A stretch of DNA of 64,000 nucleotides. Origin: Gemmatimonadota bacterium. Lineage in GTDB: Bacteria > Gemmatimonadota > Gemmatimonadetes > Gemmatimonadales > GWC2-71-9. The stretch spans positions 63,692-127,691 of the forward strand of contig JAZDCZ010000247.1 of assembly GCA_036679605.1 (NCBI GenBank), in the 5' to 3' direction. Positions 57,866 to 64,000 of the stretch are shown here, piece after piece (the stretch's first letter is position 1; each line of letters starts with the position of its first letter). The position numbers and the translations under genes are program-made. Below the pieces are notes generated by a model that saw nothing but the letters and a program-made list of their open reading frames with translations, was not told where the DNA came from and made no database searches.

Positions 57866-58261
57866 TTGTCAGAGATCCCAGCCCACGGGCCGTTACCGAA
57901 GCCGGTCAACCCCGATTCGGCGCGAGAGTACTTGAAGGAGGCGGCCTTTGGGGCACCCAACCTCCAGAACGTCGTCTTGATGGCGAGTGAGTTCACTTCC
58001 GTGTGTCCTGCGACGGGCCAACCGGACTTCGGAACCGTCATCATCGAGTACCAACCCGACGGCTTCTGCCTCGAGTCCCGAGCGCTGAAATACTATCTCT
58101 GGGCGTACCGCGACGAAGGAGCTTTCTGCGAGACCATCGCAGCGCGAATCGCAGACGACATAGTATTCGCGATTGCACCGCGGCGAGTTGAGGTCAAAGT
58201 CACCCAGAATACGCGTGGAGGCGTGGCTATCGTGGCCATTGCCACTCGGCCGGAACTGTAG
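57866..58261 (+). CDS. queF: preQ0 (7-cyano-7-deazaguanine) reductase, single T-fold type
   Basis: [23 protein letters not shown] QueF motif variant, RGG; start uncertain (TTG 57866). Confidence 0.85.
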   Translation: MSEIPAHGPLPKPVNPDSAREYLKEAAFGAPNLQNVVLMASEFTSVCPATGQPDFGTVIIEYQPDGFCLESRALKYYLWAYRDEGAFCETIAARIADDIVFAIAPRRVEVKVTQNTRGGVAIVAIATRPEL

Positions 58262-58281
58262 CCGGTGAAGCTCAAGAGGAA

Positions 58282-58998
58282 ATGACGTCGGAATTCGATC
58301 CGCGAAGTCGCAGGGCAGTGGTCCTGCTGAGTGGGGGTCTCGATTCCACCACGACTCTCGCTATCGCAAGATCCCAGGGATTCGTGCCTTACGCCCTCAC
58401 TTTTCGTTACGGTCAACGCCACGGCATTGAGATCGATGCAGCCCGAAAGATCGCCGAGCGCCTTGGAGTGGCGCAGCACGTAGTAACCCAGATCGACCTC
58501 AGAGAATTTGGTGGATCGGCGCTGACGAGTGACATGGCTGTGCCCAAGGGCCGGTCCAGCAGTGACATGAACGACGGGATTCCAATCACCTACGTTCCCG
58601 CGCGGAACACCATCTTCCTGTCGTTTGCGCTTGCCTGGGCAGAGGTCCTTGGGGCGTTTGACATATTCATTGGTGTGAATGCTCTGGATTACAGTGGATA
58701 CCCCGACTGCCGTCCAGAGTACATCGAGGCCTACCAGCGCATGGCTGATCTCGCCACGAAAGCCGGTGTGGAGGGCAAACAATCGATCACAATTCACACT
58801 CCGCTCATCGAGATGTCTAAGAGAGAGATAGTTTTGCGAGGACTCGAGCTGGGCGTGGATTACGCTGACACTATGAGCTGCTATGACCCCTCCGCAGACG
58901 GCGTAGCTTGCGGCGAGTGCGATGCCTGTTTGCTACGTCTAAAGGGCTTTGCAGAGGCCGGAGTGAAGGATCCGGTTGCATATGACCTTCACAGTTAA
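58282..58998 (+). CDS. queC: 7-cyano-7-deazaguanine synthase
   Basis: [23 protein letters not shown]...CGECDAC. Confidence 0.97.
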   Translation: MTSEFDPRSRRAVVLLSGGLDSTTTLAIARSQGFVPYALTFRYGQRHGIEIDAARKIAERLGVAQHVVTQIDLREFGGSALTSDMAVPKGRSSSDMNDGIPITYVPARNTIFLSFALAWAEVLGAFDIFIGVNALDYSGYPDCRPEYIEAYQRMADLATKAGVEGKQSITIHTPLIEMSKREIVLRGLELGVDYADTMSCYDPSADGVACGECDACLLRLKGFAEAGVKDPVAYDLHS

Positions 58999-59641
58999 GG
59001 AGATCTACTACACGCTGCAAGGCGAGGGAGCGAACACCGGCCGCCCGGCGGTCTTCTTACGATTCGCCGGATGCAACTTGTGGTCGGGAAGAGAGCAAGA
59101 TCGTGATAGTGCGGTGTGCAAATTCTGTGATACCGAATTCGTGGGCACCGACGGCCCGGGCGGCGGCAGGTTCGAATGCTCCCGTGATTTGGCATCGGCC
59201 GCCGCCAACGAGTGGCACACCGACGACGGTCACGGAGGCCACGGCGGTCGTCAAGCAAAGCCCCTTGTCGTGGTGACGGGTGGGGAACCCATGCTGCAGT
59301 TGAATCGCTCGCTATTGGACGATCTGCACGCCCGCGGCTTCGAGGTCGCGATAGAGACCAATGGGACGATTGCCGTACCGGCCGGCGTCGACTGGATTTG
59401 TGTGAGTCCCAAGGCCGGTGCGTCGCTAGTGCAGCTATCGGGTGATGAATTGAAGCTTGTGTATCCACAAGATGGGATTAGCCCGGAGGAGTGCGAGCAT
59501 CTCGAGTTCGACAACTTCTTTTTGCAGCCGATGGATGGTCCCGACGCCCAGCGTAACACGGAACTAGCTGCGCGCTATTGCCTCGAGCACCCTGTGTGGC
59601 GACTCAGCCTACAGACGCACAAGATATTGGGGATCAAATAA
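58982..59641 (+). CDS. queE: 7-carboxy-7-deazaguanine synthase (radical SAM, CX14CX2C type)
   Basis: [48 protein letters not shown]. Confidence 0.96.
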   Translation: MTFTVKEIYYTLQGEGANTGRPAVFLRFAGCNLWSGREQDRDSAVCKFCDTEFVGTDGPGGGRFECSRDLASAAANEWHTDDGHGGHGGRQAKPLVVVTGGEPMLQLNRSLLDDLHARGFEVAIETNGTIAVPAGVDWICVSPKAGASLVQLSGDELKLVYPQDGISPEECEHLEFDNFFLQPMDGPDAQRNTELAARYCLEHPVWRLSLQTHKILGIK

Positions 59642-59689
59642 GGGGCGGAAAACAGGGTAGCAATGACAGGCGGTGGCAGAAAGTGATGC

Positions 59690-60109
59690 TCAGCGCATGA
59701 GTGCTATCATCACTCCGATCAACGGGAATACCGTGCCCGCCCAAAAGTAGAACATGCGCTTGGTGAGCTTCGCATCGAGTACGGCGAGATCAGTGTGCAC
59801 GCCGCTCCGGATATCTCGGAAACCGCTTTCCATGCGGTTCTCCAGGCGGCCGATCTCCAGCCGGAGTTCGGAAAAGCGCCGCTCCCATTTCGTTTCCAAC
59901 TCGGCTAGACGCCGGTCCCACCTAGCCTCCAACTGCGCCCAACGCTGTTCTAGCTTGGCGTCAAACCGCTGGAAGTTCTGTTCGTTTAGCTCGCGAAGAT
60001 CGGATTTGTACGTGGCGTCCACCTGGTTGAACCAATCCACTAGCTCGTTGGTTACTTGCTCGCCGAATCTATCGTAGAACTGCTGGGATAACCTCACCGT
60101 AACCGGCAT
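59690..60109 (-). CDS. Coiled-coil protein with C-terminal TM anchor (DUF1640/CCDC90-like)
   Basis: Heptad-like LEQRWAQLEARWDRRLAELE; C-terminal MFYFWAGTVFPLIGVMIAL. Confidence 0.75.
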   Translation of the reverse strand: MPVTVRLSQQFYDRFGEQVTNELVDWFNQVDATYKSDLRELNEQNFQRFDAKLEQRWAQLEARWDRRLAELETKWERRFSELRLEIGRLENRMESGFRDIRSGVHTDLAVLDAKLTKRMFYFWAGTVFPLIGVMIALMR

Positions 60110-60233
60110 GCACCTCTCCATTGCTGTGTCTGCCGGTACAATACAAGATAAGCTCGGCCAGCTGAGTCTCATAGGGACGCAAGGAGGTTCAAAAAAATGC
60201 ACTCCTCCGAACAGCCTTGAATTTCCGGGCTAG

Positions 60234-61628
60234 CTACTCGGCAGCCGTGGGCTGCGGTAGAGATTCTGTACCCGTTATGCCTACTTCTTCCCGCTGACCG
60301 TTTCCCGTTCTCAGCACTGCAAGGCAGGGTGCGATCAAAAAAAGATTTCCTAACAGGCGTCCGACCAGAAATGCGATTACGGCTCCGGTCGCTCCCGTGA
60401 TTCCCGTGAGTCGGCTCAGCGTCGAGAAGACGACGATGATTCCCGCCACCTCGAGCGCCGTAGCGACCGTGATGGGACGAGTTCTGTGTCGGTGAACTAG
60501 GATGGCTCGTTGGTAGGAAAGTAGCACCGACAGTGCCGGAATCGGTGCCATAATCCTGATAGGGGCGATGGCGAAAAGCGCCAGTTCCTTGTTCAGTCCC
60601 GAAATTGTCTGGAACCACACTTGCACCAGTGGTGTGAACGCGATCAATGTCAGGCCGGCGGACGCGGAAAGCCCTAACATCATCGCGAACCGACCAAGTT
60701 CCTTGGCGTGCTCAAGCCGTTTGCCGAGTAATGCGATGGCGACCTCCTGGTAGCTCAGGCCCATTGCGCGGAAGATGAACGACAAGGCGTGAACCACCGG
60801 AAACACCGCGAGCGATTCTACCGGAGACGGTGCATGACCCATGAAGAAGGTGAGCATCGGCTGGGCAGCGAGTCCGATGAGCGAAGTGAGTGCAAGCGGA
60901 TAATAGAAATCGACGATGCGGCGATATCCCAGTGAATCAGTAGTATTGCTCGCGAGGCTTGGCGTGTCCAATAAATCGTGCACCGTCCGTCGCACCATGA
61001 TTCGTGTGACCACGGCCTCGCAGCAAACGCCCGTCGTGAGAGCCGATGCTCCTATGTAGGCTCCCGGGAGTGAAAAGACCGAATACATAATGATTCCGGT
61101 GGACGTCATCACAGTTAACCGTATCGCGGTTCCGAGTGCGACTAATCGGGTGCGACCGGCACGGATGAGCAGCCCCTGATAGAATCGGCGGTATCCGATC
61201 GCGGCCGGCCAGGGCAGCAGGATCACGAGTGCGATGTGTGTAAGCCGTGCAACCTCGACAGGGAGACCGATCAGGTCCCGCATGATCAGCTGGAACACTG
61301 GGGGTAGCAGGAGCAGGACCATCATTCCGGTGACAACGAAGTTGAGAGTGTAGGTGAAGTTCCGCAGTTTGCGGAAGCTGGACTCGTCCTCTACCAGTGC
61401 TGTCGAGGCGCTCATGATCATGATCACCGGCGCTTCTACCAGGATGGCGAATGCCAGAGCTACCCCATGTGCCGCAAGGTTGAACTTGGGATCCGCCAAA
61501 CGCGCAATGATGGCGGCGAGGAACGGTCCTTCGCTTGCCATCATGAGCCAAGTGGCCGCAAGCGGAACCCAGAAGACGAAGATCGCGCGCTGTGTGAGAT
61601 GCTGAGTCGAGTTGGAGTAGGTTGTCAT
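60234..61628 (-). CDS. MATE-like multi-pass membrane protein
   Basis: About 12 hydrophobic segments in two repeats (FWVPLAATW / FYYPLALTS). Confidence 0.75.
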   Translation of the reverse strand: MTTYSNSTQHLTQRAIFVFWVPLAATWLMMASEGPFLAAIIARLADPKFNLAAHGVALAFAILVEAPVIMIMSASTALVEDESSFRKLRNFTYTLNFVVTGMMVLLLLPPVFQLIMRDLIGLPVEVARLTHIALVILLPWPAAIGYRRFYQGLLIRAGRTRLVALGTAIRLTVMTSTGIIMYSVFSLPGAYIGASALTTGVCCEAVVTRIMVRRTVHDLLDTPSLASNTTDSLGYRRIVDFYYPLALTSLIGLAAQPMLTFFMGHAPSPVESLAVFPVVHALSFIFRAMGLSYQEVAIALLGKRLEHAKELGRFAMMLGLSASAGLTLIAFTPLVQVWFQTISGLNKELALFAIAPIRIMAPIPALSVLLSYQRAILVHRHRTRPITVATALEVAGIIVVFSTLSRLTGITGATGAVIAFLVGRLLGNLFLIAPCLAVLRTGNGQREEVGITGTESLPQPTAAE

Positions 61629-61656
61629 CGGAGGGAGGAATATAGCGGGGTGGGGT

Positions 61657-61691
61657 GGCGGCGCATGCCTAGCCGTTAGGCATGCGCCGCC
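61657..61691. terminator. Perfect 15-bp GC-rich hairpin (terminator- or REP-like)
   Basis: GGCGGCGCATGCCTA-GCCGT-TAGGCATGCGCCGCC just after the stop of the ADOP gene; no U-tract. Confidence 0.5.
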
Positions 61692-61701
61692 CTAGCAACA
61701 A

Positions 61702-64000
61702 CTATTCGTACCGCAATGCCTCCACAGGGTCTGCCCTTGTTGCTCGCCATGCCGGCAATAGACAGGCGACGAGAGAAACCACAAGGATGACTCCTGGTAC
61801 GCCGGCAAATACACTTACGTCGGTTACGCTCACACCGAACATGAGACTTTCCAAGAGGCGTGTCATCCCGTATGCGGCCGCGATGCCGATTGCTGCGCCC
61901 CACGCAACCGGCACCATCCCTTGGGCAAGGACCATCTTGATCACGTCGGCCCGCTGGGCACCCAACGCTGACCTAATCCCAAACTCGTTGGTTCTTCGCG
62001 TCACCAGGTACGAAAGGACTCCATAGATACCGATGGATGCGAGTAGCAAGGCTATTGCGGCGAAACCAAGGATGAGTTGTGCAGCGAATTGAGAGTCGGC
62101 GATCGAACCGGAGACACGTCGTTCCATGGTCTGAATGTCGTATGGAGCTTGCGATGGATCGATGGCTCGGATCTCGCCCAGAATCGGCGCAGTCAATGAG
62201 AGCGGATCGATGTCGCCCTTGACCATTAATGTCATGGATCTAAGTGCATTCTGCCCGTGCGGCCAGTAAATATGGCCGTTGAGATCGTCACCGAGACGAA
62301 CATCCTGCACATTCTCCACAACACCTACTATCGTTGCCCAATTGCTGGGAAAGCCGATGCGTTGACTGATCGGGTCTCCGGTCAAGTAGCGGCGAACGAA
62401 CATCTCGTCCACGACGGCGACCCGTAGATTGTCCTCGGTATCAAAATCGTTGAAATCCCGTCCAACTCGCAGCTCGATGCCCATTGCCTGAAAGTATTTT
62501 GGTGTGACATATCGCATCTTCGTATTGGGCAAGGTACCGGCATCGGCATAATCAACGCCGTCCACTCTGAACGAGCCACTCCAGTTGGCACCACTCATTG
62601 GGGTCGGCATGATTGCACCGGCCTCGACGACGCCTGGAATAGATCGGACACGTTCGAGTGCTTGTTGAAAGAACGCCACGCGTTGACCGTTGTCGGAGTA
62701 GCGGTTATCTGGGAGGTTGACCGTCACAGAGAGGACGCCGTTTGACTCGAATCCAGGCGTCACTGCTGACAGGTTCGAGAAACTTTTGATCATGAGCCCG
62801 GCCCCTACGAGCAGCACGAGAGCGAGGGACACCTCTGAGACTACAAGAACAGTTCTGACCGCAGCGCTGCGACGAGTGCCTGACACACGCTGCCCTCCCT
62901 CCTTCAACGTCGCGAGCGTGTCGTCTCCCCCAGCACTGAGTGCAGGGCCCAGTCCAAACACAACACTGGCCAGGATGGATACCGCAGCAGTAAACCACAG
63001 CACGGATCCGTTGACTCCGATCTCTTGGGCGCGCGGAATATTGATTGCCGCCATGATGGAGAGGAGCTTCACCCCACCCAACGCTAGTAGTAGTCCGCCA
63101 ACTCCCCCGATTGCGCCAAGTACAGTGCTCTCGGTCAGGATCTGTCGCACGATACGGCCGCGGCTAGCGCCAAGGGCAGTGCGCACGGCGATCTCGCGTT
63201 GCCGCACTTCCGCGTTTGCGAACAGAAGGTTGGCTACGTTGACACACCCGATCAGTAGAACGAATCCGACCGCTCCCAGCAGCACGTACAGGGCAGGTCG
63301 TGTGTTTCCGCGCAGGACGTCGTCCTTGAGGTAGGCCAGACCGATTCCATAGTTACCCCGGTCATACTGCTCGTCGATCCTTTTGGCCAACGCCGTCATC
63401 CGCCCCTGAGCGGTCTCTAGCGTGACTCCGTCACGCAGTCGGGCCATTGCAGAGAGGAATTCCTGCCCACGGCGATTGTCGGCTAATTGTTCTGCCGTAA
63501 ACGCCAGCGGAACATAAACGTCGGTGTTGAGTCCCAACCGAAAATTCGCAGCCATCACGCCAATGACTTCGTAGCTCTCACCGTCGAAGAGAAGTGTCCG
63601 ACCGACGATGTCTTGGTCGCCACCGTAACGGTTTTGCCACAATCCGTATCCCAGCACAGCCACTCTTTCGGCTCCGGGCACGCCTTCATCGGGAACGAAC
63701 GTTCGCCCCATGAGTGGTTGGCTACGGAGCATCTTGAACATGTTTGCGGTGACTCTCAACGCGTTTACTCGGAATGGCTCGGCATCGCTGGTGACTGTGA
63801 AATTTGCTCCGGTTAGGGCAGCGACCTCCTCGAAGACGTCGGTTTCTTTGGTGTAGTCGGTGTAGTTGGGCGGAGAGACCGAAGCACGCGCCAGGTTGGG
63901 ATAGGTGTGCCACAGGGATACGAGGCGATCGGAGTTCTCGAAGGGCAGTGGCTCCAGAACAATGGAGTTGACCAACGTGAAGATCGCAGTGTTGGCGCCG
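61702..64000 (-). CDS. Duplicated orphan ABC transporter permease (ADOP); 5' end outside window
   Basis: GANTAIFTLVN at the window edge, REIAVRTALGA, EFGIRSALGA, PAWRATRADPVEALRYE. Confidence 0.92.
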   Translation of the reverse strand, partial: GANTAIFTLVNSIVLEPLPFENSDRLVSLWHTYPNLARASVSPPNYTDYTKETDVFEEVAALTGANFTVTSDAEPFRVNALRVTANMFKMLRSQPLMGRTFVPDEGVPGAERVAVLGYGLWQNRYGGDQDIVGRTLLFDGESYEVIGVMAANFRLGLNTDVYVPLAFTAEQLADNRRGQEFLSAMARLRDGVTLETAQGRMTALAKRIDEQYDRGNYGIGLAYLKDDVLRGNTRPALYVLLGAVGFVLLIGCVNVANLLFANAEVRQREIAVRTALGASRGRIVRQILTESTVLGAIGGVGGLLLALGGVKLLSIMAAINIPRAQEIGVNGSVLWFTAAVSILASVVFGLGPALSAGGDDTLATLKEGGQRVSGTRRSAAVRTVLVVSEVSLALVLLVGAGLMIKSFSNLSAVTPGFESNGVLSVTVNLPDNRYSDNGQRVAFFQQALERVRSIPGVVEAGAIMPTPMSGANWSGSFRVDGVDYADAGTLPNTKMRYVTPKYFQAMGIELRVGRDFNDFDTEDNLRVAVVDEMFVRRYLTGDPISQRIGFPSNWATIVGVVENVQDVRLGDDLNGHIYWPHGQNALRSMTLMVKGDIDPLSLTAPILGEIRAIDPSQAPYDIQTMERRVSGSIADSQFAAQLILGFAAIALLLASIGIYGVLSYLVTRRTNEFGIRSALGAQRADVIKMVLAQGMVPVAWGAAIGIAAAYGMTRLLESLMFGVSVTDVSVFAGVPGVILVVSLVACLLPAWRATRADPVEALRYE

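Noticed and set aside
57866..59641. que genes as part of a Dpd DNA-modification or QatABCD defence system
   Set aside because: No dpdA/tgt-like, ATPase or TatD gene is adjacent; QueC is canonical in length; the cluster lies among core genes about 24 kb from the island.
1..64000. CRISPR array, cas genes, tRNA or rRNA
   Set aside because: No regularly spaced repeat-spacer run, Cas motif or tRNA/rRNA-like sequence was found by eye. The repeats found are dispersed and kilobases apart.

Overview
Bacterial chromosomal window, probably Gemmatimonadota or a similar Acidobacteria-like lineage. This is inferred from the PadR + duplicated orphan ABC permease (ADOP) genes, S9 peptidase, BNR/VPS10 glycosyl hydrolase and lipoprotein style. 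About 1-33.6 kb is a decaying accessory/defence island. It contains: a HEPN (RxxxxH) protein; a four-gene operon of N6-adenine DNA methyltransferase, GHKL-ATPase/histidine-kinase fusion, receiver-domain protein and HNH nuclease; a proteasome-beta-like Ntn protease coupled to a small antitoxin-like ORF and a PIN toxin; a type I R-M system whose hsdS has an in-frame amber codon; and three adjacent nucleotidyltransferase toxin-antitoxin pairs, one toxin being an AbiEii-WYL fusion split by a 1-nt frameshift. The island is stitched together by three families of dispersed repeats: three truncated Xre-HTH gene halves, and two families of attI-like sites ending in GTT cores next to cassette-like single genes. 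No integrase, transposase, tRNA, rRNA or CRISPR array is visible. About 34.3-64 kb is ordinary core genome: pirin, YpdA, PC4, molybdopterin oxidoreductase operon, Glu/Leu/Phe/Val dehydrogenase, PadR/ADOP, peptidases, queF-queC-queE and a MATE-like transporter. All calls come from reading motifs by eye; no database search was run.
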